Assembly: GCA_963665665.1 (NCBI GenBank)
Contig: OY762428.1
Location: forward strand, 5,394,199-5,458,198
Length of the DNA: 64,000 nt
Direction of reading: 5' to 3'
Source: Candidatus Kapaibacterium sp.
Lineage (GTDB): Bacteria; Bacteroidota; Ignavibacteria; Kapaibacteriales; UBA2268
The notes below the pieces were generated by a model. That model was not told the origin of the DNA. It did no database searches and saw only the letters and a program-made list of their open reading frames with translations. The stretch's first letter is position 1. Every line of letters begins with the position of its first letter. Position numbers and translations under genes: made by a program. Below, piece by piece: positions 1 to 8,951 of this stretch.

Positions 1-791
1 ATACATGAATTCAAACCGCCGATATCCTTGCGATATTCATCAACTTCTTCATTGGAAATCATCGCCGGAACACTTGATTCATCAAAATCAATATCAGATT
101 CCGGATTAATATTCAGCAGAATTAAAAGTTCCGCCCTTGAGGTTTCAAAATTTCTTTGAGCATTTATTACATTCAATTCTTTATTACTAATTTCGGTTTC
201 CTGTGTGTAAACATTTGTTACAGGTACAGTTCCAACCTCATATTGTGCCCTGATCATTTCAAGCTGTTTCCTGGAAGCATTCAAATCTTTCTCTCTCGTA
301 TTCACGATTTTCATATTTCGTACCACCTCGAAAAATTTAGATTTTACAAGGTATTCAGTCCTGAATATTGTTTGCTCGGTATTCAATTCTTCAGCTTTTA
401 GCCTGTTCTTTGCGCCACTGTATGTTCCCTCACGGTTAAAACCATCAAAAATAACCCAAGAAAGTGAAGCCTGAACATTAAAAGAATTTGGTGTTTCACC
501 GGGAAGGGTTATTGTCTGGCCTCCAACAGAAATATTTGAAGCACCTTCCACATTAAGTTTTCGTGAAAAACTTGAGTACAGATTAAGTGATGGCAAATAG
601 TTGCCGAAACCATTCATTAGCCTTGCTTCGGCAGCAGCCATTTTTGATTCAGTCAGTTGAATGTCAGGATTGTTTTTACGGCTAATTTCAAGGCATTCGT
701 CAAGAGTCAGAATCTTTCTTCCCGCCATAGTCTGAGCAAATGTTGTTGTTCCAAATAACAAAATTATTAATATTAATATCAGCTTTTTCAT
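1..791 (-). CDS. TolC-family outer membrane efflux protein (3' end runs off the window start)
   Basis: Not in ORF track; manual translation from ATG at 791: signal peptide MKKLILIIILLFGTTTFA, then LTLDECLEISRKNNPDI, YLPSLNL, ASLSWVIFDGF, AQYEVGTV, typical OEP/TolC motifs. Confidence 0.85.
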   Translation of the reverse strand, partial: MKKLILILIILLFGTTTFAQTMAGRKILTLDECLEISRKNNPDIQLTESKMAAAEARLMNGFGNYLPSLNLYSSFSRKLNVEGASNISVGGQTITLPGETPNSFNVQASLSWVIFDGFNREGTYSGAKNRLKAEELNTEQTIFRTEYLVKSKFFEVVRNMKIVNTREKDLNASRKQLEMIRAQYEVGTVPVTNVYTQETEISNKELNVINAQRNFETSRAELLILLNINPESDIDFDESSVPAMISNEEVDEYRKDIGGLNSC

Positions 792-824
792 CAAAATCAC
801 CCAACGTTTTTCAAAGATACTTAC

Positions 825-852
825 TATACGGTAACAGGTATGAATAGTTACA
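825..852 (-). promoter_or_regulatory. Putative ECF-type promoter upstream of the TolC gene
   Basis: Minus strand TGTAAC-N16-CGTATA, about 35 bp upstream of the start codon. Confidence 0.45.
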
Positions 853-924
853 ATTCCACTTTAACCAAGTCAGCATGAAAATTAATAAAATTTCAAGACT
901 ATTCAAATCTTAAATGCAATAAAT

Positions 925-2415
925 TTAAAATTTATAGTCCTTTACAGCAGATTTTCGTCCCCGTGAGTCAACAGCAATAAACTCAATAACACCCGAAAAA
1001 TTTTCATCCACGGTAATTTCAAAAAACTGAAGCCATATAAATTTATCGGCATCCTTCTGGTCATGGCCGAATTTCTCCCGAACTACACCTTTGCCACTGG
1101 ACAATTCTATCTTACAGAAATTATCCGCCCCTCTTAACTTGCCGTAGGACCTTGTAGCAATTCTTATCTTGTTTTCTGAAATTTTCCATGTCCTGACTAT
1201 TTCCGGCCCGGAGAAATCCTGTACTTCAATATTATAACTGTCAATAGTTTCATTATCCACAAGCCGGGTTAAAACAAATCTCTTACCTGTGTCCGCAAGC
1301 TGAGGTGTGAAATTTAATTTTCCTCTTTCGGTTTTGCTGACAACCCTGCTGCCCTGGGTCAGTTTCGCTAAGGTCTCCTTATCCTGGAGAAATGGCAGGT
1401 TAGTTTCAATAGAGTATTCAATCCCCGGATAAAGAATAGGATCGAATAGAGGTTTGCTCAGACGCGCAGGAATAACATTGAACTCTGTAGTAAATTCTTT
1501 GTTATCTGCATTACGTATAAAGCTCACAAGAACTTTAATATTACCGGTAAAAGGTGTAATCCCCGATAGAGAAATAGTGTTCTCGGTAAAATCACTGATA
1601 ATAGCAGAGCCGCCATTATTTTCTTTAGTTTGAATAACTTCAGTTTTCGGGAAGCCTTTTAATTGCTTTTTCAGGTTTATACCCGAAACCCAAACCTGAT
1701 TAGACCATCTCCTTGAAGCAAGAGCTTTCAATGACACAGCCCAGGGCCTGAGGTTTACTTCTCCTACCGGATATACCGCTGTCTGGTTCAAACCTGTAGG
1801 AGCCTGATTGTCAATCACAATATCAGGTGATGCAGTCAGGCTGTCAATCGTAGAAAACGACTGGCCGGTTTCGTCATTAAGATGAATTACATTCAGGCTG
1901 AAACGGGTTTTGGCATTAATTTTTCTTTGTTTTTCATTACTGATCCTGATCATTCCGGTAGCAGTCACGTTCACAATGTATGTTTTATTAACTTTTTCAT
2001 CAAGAGGTGGTTTCCAATGGAATTCAGCAGCGCTTTGCCCTCCGATTTCTCTTATCCTGAAATATTTAGTAGAAGATCTTTCATCTGATTTTAGCACGAT
2101 ATTCCTATTTATCGATTGATCTTCAACTGAAAATTCAAAAACAATATTTTGTGCATTTCCCGAATAAAAAATTGTATTAACAGAATCGATTGAAAATATT
2201 TTATAATGGCCGGGATTTCCGGTAACTGTACAGTTCAATGTGGTTTTTTCAACATTCAGAACAAATTCCCGGGCAATTGACTGAACTTCCATGCTTTCCT
2301 CATCCCGGATTTCATCGTCTTTTCCGGGCAATAAAAAGATAAGTGCTGCGAGATACAGCACAAAATAGATCTCTACAGAACCTTTTCTTTTAAGATTAGC
2401 CTTCATGGCGGTCAA
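925..2415 (-). CDS. Single-pass inner-membrane protein with large periplasmic beta-rich region; divergent GldM/PorM-like
   Basis: 496 aa; basic N-terminus then one TM helix (KRKGSVEIYFVLYLAALIFLLP); beta-strand-rich remainder; overlaps the stop of the GldL-like gene. Confidence 0.5.
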   Translation of the reverse strand: MTAMKANLKRKGSVEIYFVLYLAALIFLLPGKDDEIRDEESMEVQSIAREFVLNVEKTTLNCTVTGNPGHYKIFSIDSVNTIFYSGNAQNIVFEFSVEDQSINRNIVLKSDERSSTKYFRIREIGGQSAAEFHWKPPLDEKVNKTYIVNVTATGMIRISNEKQRKINAKTRFSLNVIHLNDETGQSFSTIDSLTASPDIVIDNQAPTGLNQTAVYPVGEVNLRPWAVSLKALASRRWSNQVWVSGINLKKQLKGFPKTEVIQTKENNGGSAIISDFTENTISLSGITPFTGNIKVLVSFIRNADNKEFTTEFNVIPARLSKPLFDPILYPGIEYSIETNLPFLQDKETLAKLTQGSRVVSKTERGKLNFTPQLADTGKRFVLTRLVDNETIDSYNIEVQDFSGPEIVRTWKISENKIRIATRSYGKLRGADNFCKIELSSGKGVVREKFGHDQKDADKFIWLQFFEITVDENFSGVIEFIAVDSRGRKSAVKDYKF

Positions 2416-3187
2416 TTTTTTTTGAAAAGATTTTCTCTACTTCTTTCCGGACTGCCAATTCAATTTGTTCTTTCCGGATAATTTCTGCCGACTTATTCAA
2501 TTCTTTCACAGTTTCACTGAATTGATTAAGTTTTTCACCTGTTTTATTCATACTATCAAGAAGTTTAGGGTTCGGAGCCACTGCCTGAGCAGTATTATCG
2601 GCAATCTTGCTAATTTCTCCGATCAATTCTTTCTGGTTTGCTATCATTTCACTAAAGGAATTCCCAAGTTCTTCAAGGCGGATCTCTAAAGAAGCAAAGT
2701 CACGCCCTATCTCACCAATCTCCATCAGCAATTCATTCTCTTCGGATTCTTCGTCGTCCTCCGGTAATTCGTCGTGAGGTGAAAACAGCATTACAATAAA
2801 TAGAAACAGAAGCATTAAAGCTTCGAAAATAATACCCATTATAACAATATCATCATTAACAATATCCGAAAACCTTCGAATACCTATCAGAACGAGCAAT
2901 ACCGCAGCACCGAAATAAACAAAGGAATTGAATGAAGAATAGTAGAACCTGTTTACAATTTCTTCCATCCAAAGCCAGGTTCCTGAAACAAAACCAAGAT
3001 GATGAAGAATATTTATATCCTCACGGGCATACTTGCTAATTTCTTTATTTTGTACGCATATCCTCCAGGTTACTAAAAGAGTAGCTATTCCGGACATTTG
3101 CCTGCCGAACCTCAAATCTTTAAATAATTTCCTTAGCAGTTTCCTGCCTTCAAGTGATGTAAGAGCATCTATTTTTTTCATTAACAA
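2396..3187 (-). CDS. Two-TM protein with cytoplasmic coiled coil; divergent GldL/PorL-like
   Basis: TM1 NSFVYFGAAVLLVLIGIRRF and TM2 IVIMGIIFEALMLLFLF resemble GldL YGxGAAVVIxG and GLLTEALIF including the intramembrane Glu; followed by acidic linker and coiled coil. Confidence 0.6.
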   Translation of the reverse strand: MLMKKIDALTSLEGRKLLRKLFKDLRFGRQMSGIATLLVTWRICVQNKEISKYAREDINILHHLGFVSGTWLWMEEIVNRFYYSSFNSFVYFGAAVLLVLIGIRRFSDIVNDDIVIMGIIFEALMLLFLFIVMLFSPHDELPEDDEESEENELLMEIGEIGRDFASLEIRLEELGNSFSEMIANQKELIGEISKIADNTAQAVAPNPKLLDSMNKTGEKLNQFSETVKELNKSAEIIRKEQIELAVRKEVEKIFSKKIDRHEG

Positions 3188-3241
3188 CTCCGATATATTC
3201 CTGTCTTAAGATAATCATCAAATCAAATATCATACCTATTA

Positions 3242-4324
3242 TCAGGTTTTTGTCCTGAAAAGCACAATAATACCGGCAATAAAAAATATCATATTTGCCA
3301 GCCAGCCGAAGAACCAGGGCTCGTAACTCATGGAATAACCTATAGCCTTGCCAATATTCAGAAAAAGCAGGTAGAAAATTGAAATAACCATTGCAGCTCC
3401 TATTTGCAGAGCAATTCCACCCTTCTTACGAACTGATGCGAATGGAACGCCAAAAAGGATGACGATAAAATTAGCAAAAGGAAAAGCATACTCGCCATAA
3501 TAATCAATCATGTACTTACGAACATCCTTCCCACCCTGCTTCATCAGAGCAATATAATCTCTTAATTCATCAAGATTCATTTCTTTAATTGATTTTTTTA
3601 GCTTAACAATCTGACTATGAGATATTTTCAGGCTCACATACAAAGTATCAAAGGTTTTCGTATCAACCTTATTTTTTGAATATTCACGGCTGATTCCGCC
3701 AATAAGCATCCAATTATTTGAAACAGTATCCCATTTTATTTTTTGTGCTTCCGTTCTTTTTACGAGCCGTGGAGATAAACCTTCGGTGTAAGTCTCAATA
3801 CTGACTTTATTCCCGTATCTTGATTTTGCGTTATAATATCTCATTACAACATTGGTTGTAGGGTTATCCCTGAAATACAAATTATAAATAGGGCCGCCGT
3901 GTTTTCCCTTTTTTAAATATTTGCTTTCTATATCCAGTTTTTTTTCAACTGCTTCAGGAACAATCCATCCGTTGAAATAAAGCTGCCCCAAACTAATTGC
4001 CAGGCTAAAAAAAACGAGTGGGATCATCAACCTGTACAGGCTCATGCCGCCGGATTTCATTGCTGTTATTTCATTTGTTGTGGACATCCTGCCAATTGTA
4101 AACAAGGTAGATAGCAGGGTGGCTATCGGAGTGATTATTTTGATAATCTCCGGGAATGTATAAATATAATATTCTGCGATCAGCCCGAATGAAGCATCCT
4201 GATCCAGAAATTCATCGAGGTTTTCGAGCAAATTTACGATCAGATAAATTATGCACAGGGCAAAAAGGGAAAAGAATATCGTCCCGAGAAAATTTTTAAT
4301 GATATATCTGTCAAGAATATTCAT
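3242..4324 (-). CDS. LPS export ABC transporter permease, LptF/LptG family
   Basis: MNILDRYIIKNFL start, NEITAMKSGGMSLYRL motif, 3+3 TM helices around a periplasmic domain, FPFANFIVILFGVPF. Confidence 0.92.
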   Translation of the reverse strand: MNILDRYIIKNFLGTIFFSLFALCIIYLIVNLLENLDEFLDQDASFGLIAEYYIYTFPEIIKIITPIATLLSTLFTIGRMSTTNEITAMKSGGMSLYRLMIPLVFFSLAISLGQLYFNGWIVPEAVEKKLDIESKYLKKGKHGGPIYNLYFRDNPTTNVVMRYYNAKSRYGNKVSIETYTEGLSPRLVKRTEAQKIKWDTVSNNWMLIGGISREYSKNKVDTKTFDTLYVSLKISHSQIVKLKKSIKEMNLDELRDYIALMKQGGKDVRKYMIDYYGEYAFPFANFIVILFGVPFASVRKKGGIALQIGAAMVISIFYLLFLNIGKAIGYSMSYEPWFFGWLANMIFFIAGIIVLFRTKT

Positions 4325-4325
4325 A

Positions 4326-5192
4326 TCAGTCCAACCTTGCCCTTGAACTTAGCAAAGCAGTTATAAAAACAATAAGATATTCGAATATAATGGAAATTAT
4401 AAAACCGCTTATAAATACAGCACTAATATCAATATTCAGCCATGCAAATTTCTCGCTTCCAAGGCTCCAGAGTATAATAACAAGACACATCCCGAAAGCT
4501 ATTCCGGCCAATGCAGAAAAGAAAATATAAATAACCTGGGGCATCATAGAAAATATTTTCCCTGCGCCAAGAGAGTAATATATTTTTAAATCGTCGTGAT
4601 AGTTGTTAAACGTATGCTTTATTGTATTGAAAATTATATAAGTTAAAACAGACAATACAAAAAACAGCGCAACAAGCATTATAGAAGAAGCCCTGTCATT
4701 TAGCTCAAATACGGAATTGATAAAATCATCCCTGAAAAGAACATCTTTTACAAGTTCATACTTACCGATTCGGTCAAGTAATTTACTGAAAGCCAGGCTG
4801 TTTTGTGATTCACGGTTGATATGCAGTGTGGCAGTACCGGGGAACTCTCTTTCAAAAATAAGATTGGTTCCCTGCAGGTCGAACTCCTTAATAAAATCTT
4901 TTGCCGCCTGTTCTGGTGATATTCTTTCTATATCATCAACAAATCCTGTATTCGATATGCTGATCAGAAAATTATTAATCTTTTCTTCTTCGGCATAGGG
5001 ATCAAATACAACCGTAAGGTTGAAATTTTCAGATAAAGATTCCAGTTCGTTTTCAACTGCAAAATATGCTATTACTGACAGTACCGTGCCCAGCCCTACA
5101 ATAGTTGATGCTAAAAAAATACGAACAGTATCAGAAGTGCGTATTCTGAATATTCTTAAAGCAGCGTTAATTATAAATTTAAATCTCATCAC
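4326..5192 (-). CDS. FtsX-like permease
   Basis: N-terminal TM, periplasmic domain with ISPEQAAKDF, three C-terminal TMs with IYYSLGA motif; 288 aa. Confidence 0.7.
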   Translation of the reverse strand: MMRFKFIINAALRIFRIRTSDTVRIFLASTIVGLGTVLSVIAYFAVENELESLSENFNLTVVFDPYAEEEKINNFLISISNTGFVDDIERISPEQAAKDFIKEFDLQGTNLIFEREFPGTATLHINRESQNSLAFSKLLDRIGKYELVKDVLFRDDFINSVFELNDRASSIMLVALFFVLSVLTYIIFNTIKHTFNNYHDDLKIYYSLGAGKIFSMMPQVIYIFFSALAGIAFGMCLVIILWSLGSEKFAWLNIDISAVFISGFIISIIFEYLIVFITALLSSRARLD

Positions 5193-6490
5193 TTTCCGAA
5201 TTTTTTTCTAATGAAATTAATTGAATCTCCAAATGCCCTGAAGAAAAGAGATAAAGGAAATTCAAATCGTTTCCTCAACATAAACAGGCCAATAATGCCA
5301 AAAGCATAATAGAAAGAAACAAGCCCCAACGGTGACAATACAGGCTTATTAATATGGCCTGCAACTGCAAAACCGATAAATCCGAAAATAAGGGATAAAA
5401 CAGTAATCTGCAATACCTTTTCCGGATGCCCTTGTGCCTGAATTATTACCGGTAAAATTACAAACGGAAAAGCAAGGGCTGCTATCAACAAAATATTAAA
5501 CTGCCCTGCTGCCATTGAATACGATGCCGGCAGAAAATTAGCGGTAATAAAGTCTGTAAATCCAAGCCATAATATTATAGCGCCAATAAAAAATGCCGCG
5601 AACATAAAGGATGATGCTTTGGTGAACAGGTCTATCAGTTCTTTCTTTTTATTTTCATTTATCAATTTAACTGCCACCGGATATATTAGCCCGTATGAAG
5701 CGTTGGTAGCTTCGTCAAATACGCGGAACAGACTTTTTGCAGATCCGTAAACTGCTGTTGTCTCAGTTCCGAAAAATCTCTGGACAACCAGGACATCCAA
5801 AGTTTTCGGCAACGAGTACAAGCCGGAATTAAGCATTACCGGCAAGCCGAATTTCAGCATTTGCTTAAGACGTATGGTTCCGGTAAGCGAAAATTGTAAA
5901 TCTTTTTTTGACAATATTATCGAGAATATGGAACTTAGTACCGAACCAGCAAGGAAGATATTTGCAATATCGTCGAAAAGAAAGTCATCAGCGGAAAATA
6001 TAATAATAAACGTGAGAGCAGTCATTGAGCCGAAATGAATAAAATCTGTGATGAAAACTTTTTTCAGGTCTCGGTTTCGGTAGAATATTTTTATGGCAAA
6101 CATCCTGGGAATTGTTATAATAGCAAATATTGGCAGGTAATTAGCTACCAGAATCAATTTTTCTTCATTGAAAATCTCAGCGAACGATTCGTTGAAAAGG
6201 AAGATAAATAGCGATATGCCAAGAGCAATTGCTACGTGAACAGACAAAGCTATGGCATTGGCTTTTTTTCTGCTTTCCTCTTTCATACCAAATTGAATTA
6301 GTCCCTGCAATGCCATTGAATCGCATATTATGAAAATATAATTATTCATCGACAGCAACAGGTAAAATAGCCCCCAGTCCACCTTCGGCAGGTGGTTGAT
6401 CTGAAACAATGTGACTAAACCGTAAATAATCAGGATAACCTTATCTGCGGCTGACCATGAAATTTTATCAATATGTTCCTGAATTCTCAT
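5189..6490 (-). CDS. Polysaccharide flippase (Wzx/MOP superfamily)
   Basis: About 12 hydrophobic segments; MLKFGLPVML, LDVLVVQRFFG, TAVYGSAKSL motifs. Confidence 0.8.
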   Translation of the reverse strand: MRIQEHIDKISWSAADKVILIIYGLVTLFQINHLPKVDWGLFYLLLSMNNYIFIICDSMALQGLIQFGMKEESRKKANAIALSVHVAIALGISLFIFLFNESFAEIFNEEKLILVANYLPIFAIITIPRMFAIKIFYRNRDLKKVFITDFIHFGSMTALTFIIIFSADDFLFDDIANIFLAGSVLSSIFSIILSKKDLQFSLTGTIRLKQMLKFGLPVMLNSGLYSLPKTLDVLVVQRFFGTETTAVYGSAKSLFRVFDEATNASYGLIYPVAVKLINENKKKELIDLFTKASSFMFAAFFIGAIILWLGFTDFITANFLPASYSMAAGQFNILLIAALAFPFVILPVIIQAQGHPEKVLQITVLSLIFGFIGFAVAGHINKPVLSPLGLVSFYYAFGIIGLFMLRKRFEFPLSLFFRAFGDSINFIRKKFGK

Positions 6491-8565
6491 TTGTTTAGTT
6501 TAACTGCCCATTTAATTTTATTTTCAAAGTTTTCAATTACAATTTTCTTTGTCTTTTTTAACAATCCGTAAGACGGGGAATAAAATTCATCAGCAACATT
6601 TGCACTTCCATTGTTGAAGCTGATAAGAAGTTCAATTCCCTCATTTTTCAAAACTATGGAATTTTCGCTTCTGTTCTGAATTATTTCAATATCCGAAGCC
6701 AAAATAAATACAATAGATTTTTGTCCCTCAGCGCTGCACTCGTCCATACCTTCAATTGTTGTATCGGATAGCTTCAAACTTCTTATGTGAGGCTGGCCAT
6801 AACCATTATGTCGTGCTTTTATGCTATTCGGGGTCATCTCATCAATTTTTGAGTATGTTTTTTCTTTCAGCCAGAACAGATCATTCCTGGTATTTCCAAA
6901 GGGATGGTTTTGCTCAATATCATTGATTATCAATGTATTATGCCGGTTAGTCGATCTGAAATAATTGCGTTTCTCATGATATGCTGTATAATTAAATGTA
7001 CCCGGATCAATAAATATCTCAATACCCTTAACTGATAAATAGATTGTGAGCTGATCGTTATGAGCGTGGCCTCCCTTCCCTTTTTGCCCTACGGAACCAC
7101 AGCGCAATGTACAAAATATTGTTTCATTCCTTAAGATGTAAAGCCCAAAATCCGGGAAATTATTTTTAATCTCCGGTTTGGGAAAGGAATATATACTAAT
7201 ATCATCAGAATTGTATATATCTTTGGAATTATAAATATTTATAAAATTTGATTGATACATTTCCAACACTCTGGCATTTGGATTTACCATTTTTACCGGA
7301 GGTAATATTGAAAAGAAATATCCACTGTCGTCATCGCCGATCAGCGGCATATTATTATTTTTATCAAGGATAGAAAAGCTGAATGAAGCAATATCTTGTA
7401 AAATCGATTTCAATTTTTCGGAAAATATAATCTTAGAATCTGAAACAGATAATCCTGTTTTTTCAATATCAAATATATTTTCTAATTTCTTAATATTATT
7501 AATACTTAAATTATTAATCATTCTGTAGGTAAATAAAATAATTTCAGCGGCAAGATTGTGATAAGAGCTTGATGCCTCGAAATTTGATCCGTCCGGATTG
7601 AATTGCCAGGATAATTCGATATATAGTTTTTCAACATAAGTATTTAATATTTCAATTATCTTCTCATCAGCATCAAAATAACAGCAAATAATGATTATTC
7701 CGCAAATATTTGTCAGGTAATGATTTCCCCTCATACCTGAAGACCATTCGTCATTGGAAATTATATGCTCCATGTGGTACAATATACTCTGGCGGAAGGC
7801 AATATCAATTTCATCTGAAAATCCAAGCCCCTGATTTGCAAATATCTCTCTTGTTATCAGCCAGTTAACAGCCCTGATAGAAACATCCATTGAAGTCATC
7901 CACTGCGGGCCGAACCGCGGAGGATTGGATATAATGAAATCAATCAGCTGATCCTGAAATTCAATAAAATATCTCTTTTTTTCACTTATATCATCTGATA
8001 AAGCAGCAGCTATTGCTAAGGCAGGCAAATGCTGCATTCGTCCTAATTCCCAGGGAACCTTAATATCCGGGCCTTCAACATGGCCATAGTCAATATCCTT
8101 ATACCATTGCATGGCATCCCATCTATATCCGATTTTAAAATCAATATGCCAGTCAATAAGCTGGTAGCCATGTGATAGTTTTTCAATTAATCCTGATATT
8201 GCTTTGTAATTTTCCTTGTGAAGTCTATCCTGTAAGAGGTTTGAATTACTAATGTTTGCATTTGCTCCTATATTCTTTCTCAAACATAGTTCAACCGGGC
8301 CGGATCCGAGAAAATCAAATACATGCCTGCATGATTGATCAGCATAATCAATTACTTCATCTCTAAGATTTATTTTGTAATCAGGATTGAAATTTGAATT
8401 AGTAATTTCAGGAGGATTAGCATCAAAGTTATATGTTGATGAGTTTAAATCTTTTTTTCTTGATGAGTTATCTTTAATAACTGAGGAAACCTTTTTAAAA
8501 GCTTTCCTAAAAGCAACCCCCGGCGAAACTGACACTGCCTGCGATATTAATGATTTTAAACTCAA
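6487..8565 (-). CDS. Heparinase II/III-family protein
   Basis: IDWHIDF, DIKVPWELGRMQHL, GNHY, GSNFEASSSYH, GGHAHNDQL, IDPGTFNY, FRSTNRHNT motifs. Confidence 0.9.
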   Translation of the reverse strand: MSLKSLISQAVSVSPGVAFRKAFKKVSSVIKDNSSRKKDLNSSTYNFDANPPEITNSNFNPDYKINLRDEVIDYADQSCRHVFDFLGSGPVELCLRKNIGANANISNSNLLQDRLHKENYKAISGLIEKLSHGYQLIDWHIDFKIGYRWDAMQWYKDIDYGHVEGPDIKVPWELGRMQHLPALAIAAALSDDISEKKRYFIEFQDQLIDFIISNPPRFGPQWMTSMDVSIRAVNWLITREIFANQGLGFSDEIDIAFRQSILYHMEHIISNDEWSSGMRGNHYLTNICGIIIICCYFDADEKIIEILNTYVEKLYIELSWQFNPDGSNFEASSSYHNLAAEIILFTYRMINNLSINNIKKLENIFDIEKTGLSVSDSKIIFSEKLKSILQDIASFSFSILDKNNNMPLIGDDDSGYFFSILPPVKMVNPNARVLEMYQSNFINIYNSKDIYNSDDISIYSFPKPEIKNNFPDFGLYILRNETIFCTLRCGSVGQKGKGGHAHNDQLTIYLSVKGIEIFIDPGTFNYTAYHEKRNYFRSTNRHNTLIINDIEQNHPFGNTRNDLFWLKEKTYSKIDEMTPNSIKARHNGYGQPHIRSLKLSDTTIEGMDECSAEGQKSIVFILASDIEIIQNRSENSIVLKNEGIELLISFNNGSANVADEFYSPSYGLLKKTKKIVIENFENKIKWAVKLNK

Positions 8566-8687
8566 TACTCTCTTCGATATTAAAATTACAATAAACGTAA
8601 AGATAAAGGATTTTTTAAAATTATTTCGTAATTTATCAGTCTAATAGAAAAGTTTTTTGTTATTTATTCTAATTACAAGGTTAATCA

Positions 8688-8873
8688 ATGGAAATTAAGA
8701 AACCAACAAGCAAAGACATCCATGACTACGAAATACTGATCCGCAGAACCGGAGTTGAAGAATATTCATCTTATTGTCCTCAGCTTAATTATATGATTAA
8801 AGGAACAGTACACGAAGAAGTACAGGATCAGATGACCGATTACGTAAAGAAATACATTGATTCTCTGAACTAA
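8688..8873 (+). CDS. Small protein resembling a HicB-type N-terminal domain
   Basis: 61 aa; YEILIRR...YSSYCPQL...KGTVHEEV pattern like HicB YxAxxPxL...GxTxEEA; RBS-like AAGG upstream and terminator downstream. Confidence 0.55.
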   Translation: MEIKKPTSKDIHDYEILIRRTGVEEYSSYCPQLNYMIKGTVHEEVQDQMTDYVKKYIDSLN

Positions 8874-8891
8874 GAAATCAGTTAAAAATAG

Positions 8892-8928
8892 AATAAAGCC
8901 GGAAACTATGTGTGGTTCCGGCTTTATT
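8892..8928. terminator. Bidirectional intrinsic terminator
   Basis: AATAAAGCCGGAA...TTCCGGCTTTATT inverted repeat between convergent genes. Confidence 0.8.
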
Positions 8929-8951
8929 TATTTGGTCTTATTATTTCAGGA

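Noticed and set aside
156-401. 81-aa plus-strand ORF
   Set aside because: Antisense shadow of the TolC-family gene.
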